This document shows positions 1 through 9,756 of a DNA stretch of 64,000 nt, piece by piece. A program made the position numbers and the translations under genes. Below the pieces are notes generated by a model. It made no database searches, was not told the origin of the DNA, and worked only from the letters and a program-made list of their open reading frames with translations. Numbering within the stretch: position 1 is the first letter of the stretch; each line of letters opens with the position of its first letter. Source of the stretch: Bryobacterales bacterium (GTDB taxonomy: Bacteria > Acidobacteriota > Terriglobia > Bryobacterales > UBA6623). The DNA lies in the NCBI GenBank assembly GCA_965242625.1, contig CBDEST010000005.1, positions 2,383,483 to 2,447,482 on the forward strand. The letters are read 5' to 3'.

Positions 1-1623
1 GTCGATCGAAATCGGCGGGGCGGCTTGCGCCTTGCCCATCAACCGGCTTTGACGCTCGAGGGCTTCGTCTTCGAGCTGCTCCATGCGCGCCACCGCCTTA
101 GCCACGTCCAGGCGCGGGTATAGCGCCGCTTGCTTCCCCACGCGCGTCGCGGGGCGCAGACCGCCCCACTGCAAGCAGTCGAGGTGCTGGCCAGCGACAT
201 CCCCCGCCTGTCCCAGCAGTTCCCATACCTTCTGGGCCCCGTCCGGAATCACGGGCGCTAGCAGCACAGCGGTCACGCGGAGCGCTTCGGCGGCATTGTA
301 GAGAGTCGCCTCGAGCTGTCTCCGGTCCGTTGGTTCGGCGGACTTGGCCAGCACCCACGGCTTGTGCTCGACGATGTACTTGTCGATTCTGTTGAGCACC
401 GACCACACCGCTTCGAGCGCCCGCGAAAACGCGAACTTGCGATAGTGCTCGACAGCCTCGCCGACAGCTTGCCGGGCCAATGCGGGCAGTCCGCCATCGT
501 CTCCGTCGTCCGGCGCCGGTACTTCCCCGCCGCAATAGCGATGCAGCATGGCCGCGGTGCGGCTGGCGATGTTGCCGATGCCGTTGGCTAGGTCGGCGTT
601 GTACCGCTCGGCCAAGGCCTCCTGCGAGAAATTGCCGTCTTGACCGAAGACGATTTCGCGCAACAGGTAATAGCGCAGGCCATCCGCGCCCACGACTTCC
701 TTGATCGGCAAGGCGCGGACGATGTTGCCCTTCGACTTGGACATCTTTCCGCCTTGGAAAATCAGCCACCCGTGCGCCCAGACCTGCTTGGGCAGCGGCA
801 GGTTCGCGGCCATCAGGAACGCTGGCCAGTACACGGCATGGAAGCGCACGATCTCCTTGCCCACCAGATGCACGTCGATCGGCCAGAGGTGCTCGAAGTG
901 GTTCTCGCTGGAATCCTTGTCGGCGTAGCCGATGGCGCTCATGTAGGTCGTCAGCGCGTCGAACCACACGTAGAACACGTGCTCCGGATCGTCGGGTAGC
1001 GGGATGCCCCAGCGCAGGCTCGAGCGGCTGATCGACAGGTCCTTGAGGCCGCCGCGGATGAACGCGAGCATTTCATTGCGCCGCGCCGCCGGCTGGAGGA
1101 AGTCGGGCCGGGATTCGTACAGGTCGATGAGGCGCTGCTGGTAGTCGGAGAGCCGGAAGAAATAATTCTCCTCGGTCAGTTCCACGATCATCGATTCGTC
1201 CGCCTGGGCCGCCTCTTCCTCGGTGACGAAAGCTTCGTCCCCGAGGTGGTACTTGCCGGTGAACGAACCCTTGTAAATCGCTCCGTTCTCTTGGCAGCGC
1301 CGAAAGATCGCTTGGACCGCCTTGGCATGCCGCGGGTCGGTCGTGCGCCGGAAGAAGTCGTACGCTAGGCCGAGTTCGTCCCACTCGTTGCGAAACGCGG
1401 CCGACACCCGATCGGTGAATTCCTTCGGCTCGAGACCGGCTTGGTGCGCCGAGCGCTCGACCTTTTGCCCGTGCTCGTCGGTGCCCGTGGTCAGGTACGC
1501 CTCGTCTCCGAGCATGCGCCGGATGCGCTTGATCGTGTCGGCCACGATCGTGGTGTACGCGTGCCCGATGTGCGGGGCCGCGTTCACGTAGTAGATCGGC
1601 GTCGAGAGGTAGAACCTAGACAT
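1..1623 (-). CDS. metG: methionyl-tRNA synthetase (C-terminus lies outside the window)
   Basis: Absent from the ORF track because there is no stop inside the window. Reverse-complement translation from the ATG at 1623-1621 reads MSRFYLSTPIYYVNAAPHIGHAYTTIVADTIKR... with the class-I HIGH motif and later GKMSKSKGN (KMSKS). The frame stays open to position 1. Confidence 0.9.
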   Translation of the reverse strand, partial: MSRFYLSTPIYYVNAAPHIGHAYTTIVADTIKRIRRMLGDEAYLTTGTDEHGQKVERSAHQAGLEPKEFTDRVSAAFRNEWDELGLAYDFFRRTTDPRHAKAVQAIFRRCQENGAIYKGSFTGKYHLGDEAFVTEEEAAQADESMIVELTEENYFFRLSDYQQRLIDLYESRPDFLQPAARRNEMLAFIRGGLKDLSISRSSLRWGIPLPDDPEHVFYVWFDALTTYMSAIGYADKDSSENHFEHLWPIDVHLVGKEIVRFHAVYWPAFLMAANLPLPKQVWAHGWLIFQGGKMSKSKGNIVRALPIKEVVGADGLRYYLLREIVFGQDGNFSQEALAERYNADLANGIGNIASRTAAMLHRYCGGEVPAPDDGDDGGLPALARQAVGEAVEHYRKFAFSRALEAVWSVLNRIDKYIVEHKPWVLAKSAEPTDRRQLEATLYNAAEALRVTAVLLAPVIPDGAQKVWELLGQAGDVAGQHLDCLQWGGLRPATRVGKQAALYPRLDVAKAVARMEQLEDEALERQSRLMGKAQAAPPISID

Positions 1624-1683
1624 CGAATCCCAAGTAACCAGTCTCGCACGATGCTCCGGCGGGCCAGCGCGCGGCCGAGCCTC

Positions 1684-2862
1684 CTAGGATTTGCTCATGC
1701 GCAAGTACTCGCTGCGAGCGTGATCCCAGACCCGCTGGAACGGCACGGCGTACTCCTTCGCCAGCTTGCGGCAATCCTCGTACTCGGGAGCGAAAGTGCC
1801 CGCGGCCGACTCGTCATCCGCGGACTTGACGCGAACCGCTCCGTACGGAGTGCTCACCGTCGTCCACGACCGCCGGAGCGTGCGGCGCCGAGCCGCCGAC
1901 TCCCGGATGCCCATCGTCGAAGTCTCCGCGAGCATCAACGCTCCCAAGGCGGCGCGGTCTTCCGGCGCGGCGAGCACCGACAAGGTGAATCCGGGCCGGT
2001 TCTTCTTCATCTGGGTCGGCGTCAGCGTGACATCCAGCGCCCCGGCCGCGAGCAACCGCTCCATGGCGTAACCGGCCATCTCGGGGGTCATGTCGTCGAT
2101 ATTCGCCTCGAGTACCCAGATCTGCTCGGCCGCCGCATCGGTCTCCGCGCCCTCTCCTACGAGCACCCGGAGCAAGTTGGCGTGACCCGGGAAATCGCCC
2201 GTGCCAGCTCCGTAGCCGCTCGCCGCGATCCGCATGGCGGGCAGCGGGCCGAACGCGTCGCTCAGCGTCGCCGCGAGAGCCGCGCCCGTCGGCGTGGTCA
2301 GTTCGACTCTGGGACCTTCCGCGTAGGTCGGCAGGCCCTCCACGAGTCGCGCGGTCGCCGGAGCGGGCACGGGCAGCGTCCCGTGGGCCGCGGTCACGGT
2401 GCCGCTCCCGAGGTTGAGGGGCGAGCAGTGGACGCGCTCGATGCCCATGGCATGCAGGCCCGCGCAGGACCCCACGATGTCCGCGATGGCGTCCAGTGCG
2501 CCGACCTCGTGGAAATGGACCCGCTCGATCGGGATCCCGTGCGCCAGCGCCTCGACCTCGCCGAGGCGACGGAAGACACGGAGGCTCGCGTCTTTGACCT
2601 CGGCTTCGAGATCCGCTTCCGCGATCATGCCCTCGATCTTGGAGAGCGAACGGTGGGCGTGGTCGCGGGCGGTCTCGACGTGGACCTTGGTGGCCGCAAG
2701 GCCGGCCCGTCGCACCTTCTCCGCGCGGATCGACACGCCGGCCAAGCCGAGGCAGTCGACCGCGCTCGCCAGGACCCCGACATCCAGACCGGCGTCGACC
2801 AAGGCCCCGAGCAGCATGTCGCCGGCAATCCCGGAGAAGCAATCCAAGTAGCAGATCTTCAC
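1684..2862 (-). CDS. larC: LarC-family nickel insertion protein (DUF111)
   Basis: 392-aa ORF. The N-terminus MKICYLDCFSGIAGDMLLGALVDAG is the hallmark start of the DUF111/LarC family, and the length is typical. Confidence 0.8.
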   Translation of the reverse strand: MKICYLDCFSGIAGDMLLGALVDAGLDVGVLASAVDCLGLAGVSIRAEKVRRAGLAATKVHVETARDHAHRSLSKIEGMIAEADLEAEVKDASLRVFRRLGEVEALAHGIPIERVHFHEVGALDAIADIVGSCAGLHAMGIERVHCSPLNLGSGTVTAAHGTLPVPAPATARLVEGLPTYAEGPRVELTTPTGAALAATLSDAFGPLPAMRIAASGYGAGTGDFPGHANLLRVLVGEGAETDAAAEQIWVLEANIDDMTPEMAGYAMERLLAAGALDVTLTPTQMKKNRPGFTLSVLAAPEDRAALGALMLAETSTMGIRESAARRRTLRRSWTTVSTPYGAVRVKSADDESAAGTFAPEYEDCRKLAKEYAVPFQRVWDHARSEYLRMSKS

Positions 2863-2899
2863 AGGGAGGGCAGCGGTTCGGACGTACCGGCGTCGGCGC

Positions 2900-3835
2900 C
2901 TATCCTACCATGGAGCCTTGCTCTTCCGGCCGCTCAGCGCTTGGCGCGGACAGGCGCGGCGCTCGCTCCTTGGCAAGCGCCAGGAACGCCTCGGATGCGT
3001 GCGACAGCGCCCGCCGCGCCGGGTAGATCAAGCGAATCGTGCGCTCCATGCCGATTTCGCGCACGCGGACTTCGCGTAGCGAGCCGTCCCGAAGCTGCTG
3101 CTCGACGCACATCTTCGGCAGGAACGTAACGCCGAGGTTGTTCTGCACGAGTCGCCGCATCGTCTCGATCGTCGGCATCTCGATCCGCATGTTGAGCGGG
3201 ACCTGATGGCGCCGGAAGGTTTCGATCACGCGGGCGCGGTACGGCGAGACGACGTTGTGCGCGATGAACGTTTCCTCGCCCAGTTCGGCAATGCTGATCT
3301 CCTCGCGGCCGGCGAGCCGGTGCGAGGGAGAGACGACAAAGGCCAGCCGGTCCTCGTACAAGCGGAAGATGCGCAGCCGGGGGTCGCCCGGGTCGTAGCT
3401 GATCGCCCCGAGCTCGAGCGAGCCGTCCAGCACGGAGTCGGGCATGCCGCTGGAGAGGCTCCGTCGCAATTCGACCTGGATGCCCGCGTGTCGCCGCCGG
3501 AACGCCTCCACGTGGCCGAGCAGGTACAGCGCGGTCGATTCGTTGGCTCCGATCGTCAGCTTGCCCGCCCGCAAGTCGGTAAGTTCCTCGAGCGCGACCC
3601 GCAACTTGCCCTCGGTCTCCCGGAACCGCTTGGCGTGCCGGAGCACCTCCCTGCCCGCATCGGTCACGCGCAGCGCTCGCGACGACCTGTCGATGAGACG
3701 GGCGCCGAGGTCCGCCTCCAGCCGCTTCACGGCCAGCGAGATGGCGGGTTGCGAACGATAGAGCCTCTGTCCCGCGCGGGAGAAGCTGCCCTCCTCGGCA
3801 ACGGTCTCGAACACTTTCAGCAAGGCAAGATCCAT
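2900..3835 (-). CDS. LysR-family transcriptional regulator
   Basis: 311-aa ORF with an N-terminal wHTH (FSRAGQRLYRSQPAISLAVKRLE) followed by a LysR substrate-binding region. It is divergent from the synthase gene at 3920. Confidence 0.85.
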   Translation of the reverse strand: MDLALLKVFETVAEEGSFSRAGQRLYRSQPAISLAVKRLEADLGARLIDRSSRALRVTDAGREVLRHAKRFRETEGKLRVALEELTDLRAGKLTIGANESTALYLLGHVEAFRRRHAGIQVELRRSLSSGMPDSVLDGSLELGAISYDPGDPRLRIFRLYEDRLAFVVSPSHRLAGREEISIAELGEETFIAHNVVSPYRARVIETFRRHQVPLNMRIEMPTIETMRRLVQNNLGVTFLPKMCVEQQLRDGSLREVRVREIGMERTIRLIYPARRALSHASEAFLALAKERAPRLSAPSAERPEEQGSMVG

Positions 3836-3919
3836 ATAGAAATCTTATGCCAACTCGAAAAAGAATAAATTTGCTTTATCTTCTAGCCTGCGGTTTACTA
3901 GGAAATAGGTTTGGCACCG
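3836..3919. promoter_or_regulatory. AT-rich divergent intergenic region (candidate shared promoter / LTTR-binding region)
   Basis: An 84-bp spacer that is conspicuously AT-rich for this genome (ATATAGAAATCTTATGCC...AAAAAGAATAAATTTGCTTTATC). It lies between the LysR gene and the LeuA-like gene. No binding site has been verified. Confidence 0.35.
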
Positions 3920-5104
3920 ATGTCCGAGCGCGTCCACATTTTCGACACCACCCTGCGCGATGGAGAGCAATCGCCCGGCTGCAGCATGACGACCCCGGAG
4001 AAGCTGCGCATGGCCGCGTCCATCGTCGACCTGGGGGTAGACGTCATCGAGGCCGGGTTCCCGATCGCGTCCGAGGGCGACTTCGAAGCGGTGCGGGCTG
4101 TCTGCCGCGAGCATCCCGACGCCCACATCGCGGCCTTGGCGCGAGCCGTGCCGGTGGACATCGAGCGCGCCGCGGCTTCCCTCGACGGGCATCGCCGCCC
4201 GCGCATCCACTGCTTCATCGCCACGAGCGAGATCCACCTGCGCTACAAGTTCAACAAGAGCCAGGACGAGATCCTCGACGAGGCTGTCCAAGCGGTCGAG
4301 ATGGCCAAGAGCTTCGTCGACGACGTCGAGTTTTCCGCGGAGGACGCGACCCGCACGGACTTGGACTACCTGTGCCGCGTTTGCGTGGCGGCGGTGGACG
4401 CCGGCGCCACGGTCGTCAACATTCCCGACACCGTCGGATTCATGACGCCCGACGACTACGCCGAGCGCATCGGCGGAGTGGTCGCGGCCGTGGACGGCCG
4501 GGCGGAGGTCAGCGTGCATACGCATGACGACCTCGGCCTCGCGGTGGCCAATGCCATCGCGGCCCTGTACGTGGGCGCGCGCCAAGTCGAGTGCGCGATC
4601 AACGGCATCGGCGAGCGGGCGGGGAACTGCGCGTTGGAGGAAGTCGTGGCGATCCTGAACGTGCGCTCCGACCGCGTGCCGTTCCAGTGCGGAGTCGACG
4701 CGCGGAAGCTGTACGGCGCCAGCCGGGTGCTCAGCGAGTGCATCACCTTCGGCCCCCAGCCCAACAAGGCCATCGTCGGGCGGAACGCCTTCGCCCACGA
4801 GGCGGGGATCCACCAAGACGGCTACCTGAAGCACCGCTCCACTTACGAGATCATGACGCCCGAATCGGTGGGCGTGCCGAGCTCCCAGCTAATCCTCGGC
4901 AAGCACAGCGGGCGGCATGCCCTGCACCAGCGGGTGGCCGATCTCGGCTACGGGGACTTGGGCCGCGCGGAAACCCGGCAGGTGTACGAGGCGTTCACCC
5001 GTCTCGCGGACACGCGCAAGGGCCTGACGGACGACGATATCGTCGACCTTCTCGAAGGACTCGGGTATCGGCGCGTTCCGCAAGAGGCTGTCGCCAGCGC
5101 GTGA
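3920..5104 (+). CDS. 2-isopropylmalate/citramalate/homocitrate synthase family protein, short form without the LeuA regulatory domain
   Basis: MSERVHIFDTTLRDGEQSPGCSM..., HTHDDLGLAVANA and GIGERAGN are catalytic TIM-barrel motifs of the LeuA/NifV/CimA family. The ATG at 3920 follows AGGAAATAGG. The track ORF begins at a TTG at 3911. Confidence 0.8.
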   Translation: MSERVHIFDTTLRDGEQSPGCSMTTPEKLRMAASIVDLGVDVIEAGFPIASEGDFEAVRAVCREHPDAHIAALARAVPVDIERAAASLDGHRRPRIHCFIATSEIHLRYKFNKSQDEILDEAVQAVEMAKSFVDDVEFSAEDATRTDLDYLCRVCVAAVDAGATVVNIPDTVGFMTPDDYAERIGGVVAAVDGRAEVSVHTHDDLGLAVANAIAALYVGARQVECAINGIGERAGNCALEEVVAILNVRSDRVPFQCGVDARKLYGASRVLSECITFGPQPNKAIVGRNAFAHEAGIHQDGYLKHRSTYEIMTPESVGVPSSQLILGKHSGRHALHQRVADLGYGDLGRAETRQVYEAFTRLADTRKGLTDDDIVDLLEGLGYRRVPQEAVASA

Positions 5105-5242
5105 ACGCATCCGCGACTGTAACCCGCCCCGTCGCCATAGCGTCTCTATAGTTTCAGCACTGCAAGGCCCGAGCGGCCGGTCGATACACCTGAAATTCGA
5201 GATCGTGTCCAGCGGGCGCGGTATTGCTAGGCTGGAGGTTTC

Positions 5243-5818
5243 ATGGCTCACCTCTTCTTCCAAGTTCTGGCCGTCTGGCTGAGCGTCCTGTTGTTCGTGC
5301 CTGCCTCGTTCGCTCAGAGCGGGGCGATCCAGATCCGCGTGCTCGCGGGCGACGGAGGGATCAACAACATCAATAGCAACGTCGCTGTCGAGCCGGTGAT
5401 CGAGATCGTCGATGCATCGGGCAAGCCGCTGCCCAAGGCGACCGTGGTCCTGCGCGCGCCCGGCACCGGGCCCAGCGTGACGTTCTTCGGGGCTTCCCGC
5501 GTGGCGACGATGACCGCCGACGATCAAGGTCGCGTGCGCGTTTCGGGAATGCTGCCGAACACGCAGCAGGGGACGTTCCGGATCGAGGTGGAGGCCGAGT
5601 ACAACAACATGACGGCGGCCACCGCGATCACGCAATCCAACGCCGTGGCGCCGGGCGAGCCGAAACCCAAGCGCCGGGGCATCGGCTGGCGGATGATCGC
5701 CGCCATTAGCGCGGCCGCCACGGTCGGGGTGGTCGCGACGGCGTTGCGCGGCGAGTCCGAAACGGCCTCGCCCACTTCCATACGGATCGGGACGGTTTCC
5801 GTAGGAGCTCCCCGCTAG
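5243..5818 (+). CDS. hypothetical secreted, membrane-anchored protein
   Basis: 191-aa ORF with a signal-peptide-like N-terminus (LAVWLSVLLFVPASFAQS), a beta-rich middle and a C-terminal hydrophobic helix (IGWRMIAAISAAATVGVVATAL). No family recognised. Confidence 0.5.
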   Translation: MAHLFFQVLAVWLSVLLFVPASFAQSGAIQIRVLAGDGGINNINSNVAVEPVIEIVDASGKPLPKATVVLRAPGTGPSVTFFGASRVATMTADDQGRVRVSGMLPNTQQGTFRIEVEAEYNNMTAATAITQSNAVAPGEPKPKRRGIGWRMIAAISAAATVGVVATALRGESETASPTSIRIGTVSVGAPR

Positions 5819-5868
5819 GGAGTCGATGCAACGTGGGCTCTCGTAGGATTCACCATCAAGGTAGGGAC

Positions 5869-8796
5869 ATGAACACGTTTTCGAAGGCGCTCGCAATCCT
5901 GTTCCTCGCGGCTGCCGCGACCCTCCCGGCCGCCGCCCAACTGTCGGTCACAGTGGAAGACGTCAGCGTGCCCGAGGCCGCCCGGCAGACGGTCACGTTC
6001 GATTCGGTGGCTGTCGGCCAGCGGGCCACCAAGCGCTTGCACCTGCGGTTCGACGCGGGGGGCAGCCGCACAGTCGTCCTCGACCGCATCCAGGTCGTGG
6101 GCACGAACCAGTTCTCCGTGGAACTAGACGACACGCTGCCGGTCACGCTGCGCAACCAGTTCCGCTACGCGATCCTCGTCCATTACGAACCGTCCGGTCC
6201 GGGTCCGGCCTACGGCCAGTTGCAGGTGACCACCGAGCGCGAGGACGACGCCACGGGCGTCGTGACGAAGCTTTCCAGCGTGAACCTCGTCGGCAGGGTG
6301 CCGGACTTCTCGATCCGCTACTCGCTGCCCGGCGGCGCCCCGATTCCGGTCCCGACCGGAGGCATTATCGACTTCGGGCGCAAGCCGACCGACATCGCCA
6401 CCGAGGCGACCTTGGTGGTCGCCAACGTGGGCAGCGTAGCCGGCACAGTGCAGAGTGTGCGCTTGACTGGCGGCGGGTTCCGACTGGTCAGTCCGCCCTC
6501 GATTCCCTTCCGCTTGGCGGCCGGACAGGAGCAGGTGCTGCAACTCGCATTCACGCCCACCGCCACCCGCGCGTACAGCGGCCAGATGACGCTCGACTGG
6601 GGCGGTACGCCGCGACAGGTCGACATCGCCGGCATCGGCGGGGACTTGCTGAGCTACAGCGTCGTCACTTACGCCCGCGGATCCGCAACGGGAGCGCCGC
6701 GGAGCGTCCAGTCGGGCACGCCCATCGTCTTCGGCCAGAACGCGACCGCGATCGAACTGATCGGGCGCAACGGCTATGCGAACGCCCAAGCCGTGGAAGC
6801 GGCGCGGGTTAGCGGACCCTTCACCTTCACCGTGCGGCCGAGCCTGCCGGTGACGCTGGGTCCCCGAGAGGAATTCGTCGTGCAGATCTCCCCGCTGGCG
6901 ACGGCGCGCGGAAGCGACACGGGCACGCTGACGATCGGTGACGCGATCTTCCCGCTGTCGCTGGACGTGCCGGCCATGCCCGCCGTGCGCTATTCGCGCC
7001 AGGGCGGCGTGGTGAGCCAGGCGCAAGACATTGCGCTGGGGCTGACCTTGACGGCCCCGTACCCGGTCGATATTTCGGGAACGCTGTCCCTCGATTTCCG
7101 CGGAGCGATGCAAGCCGCGGGCGGCGTCGCTTGGTCGACGGGCGGTCGCGCGGCGGAATTCACGATTCCGGCCGGACAGCTCGCCGCCACGTTCCCGGGC
7201 GGCGCGAACGCGCTTGCGTTCCAATCCGGCGCGGTGGCCGGGGAGATTTCCGTGCGGGCCCGGTTCGCCGCCGATCCGTGGGGTATCGACATTACCCCGA
7301 TCAGCGTTCCGGAACTGAAGTTCACGGTCGACGCCGACACCTTGCCATCGGTGCAGTTCTCGCGCGCGGGCGGGACGGTCGGAGCGGGCGAGAGCGTCTC
7401 GCTGGGGCTGAGCCTGGCGGCGCCGTACGGCGCGGACCTCGTCGGCACGCTGGTGCTGTCCTCGTCGGCCAACGACCCGGGCGTCGCGTGGTCGACGGGC
7501 GGACGCGAAGCGATGTTCCGCATCGCGGCGGGAACGCGCGGGGCGACCTTCGCCGGCGGCTCGACAACCATGTCGTTCAATTCCGGAGGATCCGCGGGGG
7601 AGGTCGTGGTGCGCGCGCGCTTCTCCACGGACAATCCCCGCGTGGACATCACGCCGGCCACCCCGCCGGAACTGCGTTTCACGGTGGACTTGACTCCGTT
7701 GCCGGAGGTCAGATTCTCCCGCGCGGGCGGCGCGGTGCGCGCCGGCCAGGAACTCTCTCTCGGCCTGAGCCTAGCCGAGCCGTACGGCACGGAACTTTCC
7801 GGGACGCTCCAGCTGAGCTCCCCGGCGGGGGCGGGAGTCGCATGGGTGGCGGGCGGCACCCAAATGCAGTTCACGATCCCCGCGGGCAGGACCGCGGCGG
7901 TCTTTTCCGGGGACGCGAGCGAAGCCACGTTCCGCACGGGCCGCGTCGCGGGCTGGGCTGCGGTCCGGGCGCGGTTCTCGACCGAGCCGGCGCGAGTCGA
8001 CGTCACTCCGGCCAGCGCTCCGGAACTGCGGTTCACGGTGGAGCTCGACCCCTTGCCGGAGGTGATGTTCTCCGAAGCCGGCGGGACAGCCAGCGGGGGC
8101 GGTCAAGTCGAATTGGGATTGACCCTGGCCGAGCCGTATCCGACAGACATCGCCGGATTCTTGGAATTGCGTTTCGAGACGCGCGCCTTCACTAACGACC
8201 CTGCGATTCAGTGGGCCAGCGGCGGGCGGCTCGCGGCGTTCAGCATCCCGGCCGGGTCGACGGCGGCCGCGTACTTGGATCTCGGCGCGACCAACGCGTT
8301 CCAGACCGGCACCGTGGCGGGAGACATCGTGGTCACGGCGCAGCTCTTCTCGGTGCCTGACGTGCTGGCCATCACGTCGCTCGCCCAAGCGCAGACAGTG
8401 GCCGCGGACATCACGCCATCCACAGCGCCGCAAGTGCGGTTCCGCGTCATGGAGTCCGCGCCCGTCTTGAGCCGGATCGACCTCGGTACGACAGGTCAGG
8501 GGCGGTTCAACTTGCAGATCACCGGGTACGCCACGACTCGCTCTGTCGAATCGATGTCCTTCGCGTTCGGCGGAACTCCCGATTCCCTCTTGCGCACTCA
8601 GCAGTTGGAAACCGACGTCGCGCAAGCCTTCAGCACGTTCTACGGCAGCAACCAGTCGGCGAGCTTCGGCAGCCAGTTCACCGCCACCGTGCAATTCTCG
8701 CTGGACGAAGGCGTGTTCGAGGACGTGGCCCGGGTCACGGTCACCGCCGCGAACAGCGACGGCACTTCCAATGCGGTCACGCTGGACTTGAACTGA
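5869..8796 (+). CDS. large secreted repeat protein (choice-of-anchor-D/ASH-like N-terminal modules plus four tandem ~120-aa repeats)
   Basis: The ATG at 5869 gives MNTFSKALAILFLAAAATLPAAAQ, a signal peptide. The track ORF starts upstream at a GTG at 5833. The N-terminal third has FDSVAVGQRATKRLHL...-type Ig-like modules, and the rest is internally repetitive. Confidence 0.75.
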   Translation: MNTFSKALAILFLAAAATLPAAAQLSVTVEDVSVPEAARQTVTFDSVAVGQRATKRLHLRFDAGGSRTVVLDRIQVVGTNQFSVELDDTLPVTLRNQFRYAILVHYEPSGPGPAYGQLQVTTEREDDATGVVTKLSSVNLVGRVPDFSIRYSLPGGAPIPVPTGGIIDFGRKPTDIATEATLVVANVGSVAGTVQSVRLTGGGFRLVSPPSIPFRLAAGQEQVLQLAFTPTATRAYSGQMTLDWGGTPRQVDIAGIGGDLLSYSVVTYARGSATGAPRSVQSGTPIVFGQNATAIELIGRNGYANAQAVEAARVSGPFTFTVRPSLPVTLGPREEFVVQISPLATARGSDTGTLTIGDAIFPLSLDVPAMPAVRYSRQGGVVSQAQDIALGLTLTAPYPVDISGTLSLDFRGAMQAAGGVAWSTGGRAAEFTIPAGQLAATFPGGANALAFQSGAVAGEISVRARFAADPWGIDITPISVPELKFTVDADTLPSVQFSRAGGTVGAGESVSLGLSLAAPYGADLVGTLVLSSSANDPGVAWSTGGREAMFRIAAGTRGATFAGGSTTMSFNSGGSAGEVVVRARFSTDNPRVDITPATPPELRFTVDLTPLPEVRFSRAGGAVRAGQELSLGLSLAEPYGTELSGTLQLSSPAGAGVAWVAGGTQMQFTIPAGRTAAVFSGDASEATFRTGRVAGWAAVRARFSTEPARVDVTPASAPELRFTVELDPLPEVMFSEAGGTASGGGQVELGLTLAEPYPTDIAGFLELRFETRAFTNDPAIQWASGGRLAAFSIPAGSTAAAYLDLGATNAFQTGTVAGDIVVTAQLFSVPDVLAITSLAQAQTVAADITPSTAPQVRFRVMESAPVLSRIDLGTTGQGRFNLQITGYATTRSVESMSFAFGGTPDSLLRTQQLETDVAQAFSTFYGSNQSASFGSQFTATVQFSLDEGVFEDVARVTVTAANSDGTSNAVTLDLN
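6979..8457 (+). repeat. four in-frame tandem repeats (about 366, 357, 354 and 402 nt) inside the 5869-8796 CDS
   Basis: Repeat units start at 6979 (PAVRYSRQGG), 7345 (PSVQFSRAGG), 7702 (PEVRFSRAGG) and 8056 (PEVMFSEAGG). All share the pattern ...LGL(S/T)LA.PY...(S/V/I)GTL.L...VAW..GG....F.I.AG......G......F..G..AG...V.A.F......DITP...PE(L/V)(K/R)F.V. Confidence 0.85.
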
Positions 8797-8826
8797 CCGG
8801 GCCTTTCGCGCGGCTCGCCCCGGCGC

Positions 8827-9756
8827 GTGTCCGACCTGTCGCCAGGCTCGGTCGTGACGCGGTTCGCCCCGAGTCCGACCGGCTGGCTGCATGTGGGCCA
8901 TGCGGCCCACATGCTGTACGTGTGGGGCATCGCCGACCTGTTGCAAGGCGAGGTCTTGCTGCGGATCGAGGACCATGACCGGCAGCGTTGCCAAGCTCAT
9001 TTCGAGGAAGCGCTGCTGGTCGATATGGAGTGGCTCGGCTTCCGTGCCGCGAATCGCCTAGCGGCCCCTAGCAGCAGCTACCGGCAGAGCGATGCCGACG
9101 CCGCGTACGAGGAAGCGGCCGACACCATCCGGCGAGGCCATCAGGTCTATCGCTGTCGGTGCAGCCGCAAGCAGCTAGCTGCGAGCGCGGAAGTTTCCGC
9201 CGGTGGCGAGCGGGTCTATCCCGGCACCTGTCGAGACGCGCGACACGCCGCCGACGCTCCGCACGGCTTGCGCATCGCGTGGCCGGCGGCCGCGCCACCC
9301 GAAGAATTCGACGACGGCATGCTGGGACCCCAATGCCAACGGCCGGAGCGGCAATGCGGCGACCTGCTCATCAAGGACAGGTTCGGGAACTGGACCTACC
9401 AGTTCGCCGTGACAGTGGACGACTGGCGCCACGGGGTGAACGTGGTAGTGCGAGGAAGCGACCTGCTGGCTTCCACGGGCCGCCAGATCCGGTTGGGACG
9501 CATGCTCGGACGGGAGATTCCGCCAATTTTCTTCCACCATCCCTTGGTGGGCGACTCCGGCGGAGTCAAGCTCAGCAAGAAGCAGCGGGCCACGCCGATC
9601 CGCGCATTGCGGGAAGCGGGAATGGCCCCGGCGGAGGTGCTCGGCGCGGCGGCCCGGGCGGTCGGGTTGCGAGCCGAGGCCGGGAACTTGGAGCCCGTCG
9701 AAGCCGGTAGCCTGATAGCTGCGGCGCATCCCGGCCTGCTATCGCGCGCATGTTAG
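8827..9756 (+). CDS. gluQ: glutamyl-Q tRNA(Asp) synthetase (truncated GluRS paralog)
   Basis: 309 aa with RFAPSPTGWLHVGHAAH (HIGH-type) and VKLSKKQ (KMSKS-type) motifs. The length fits the anticodon-domain-less GluQRS/YadB family. Confidence 0.8.
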   Translation: MSDLSPGSVVTRFAPSPTGWLHVGHAAHMLYVWGIADLLQGEVLLRIEDHDRQRCQAHFEEALLVDMEWLGFRAANRLAAPSSSYRQSDADAAYEEAADTIRRGHQVYRCRCSRKQLAASAEVSAGGERVYPGTCRDARHAADAPHGLRIAWPAAAPPEEFDDGMLGPQCQRPERQCGDLLIKDRFGNWTYQFAVTVDDWRHGVNVVVRGSDLLASTGRQIRLGRMLGREIPPIFFHHPLVGDSGGVKLSKKQRATPIRALREAGMAPAEVLGAAARAVGLRAEAGNLEPVEAGSLIAAAHPGLLSRAC

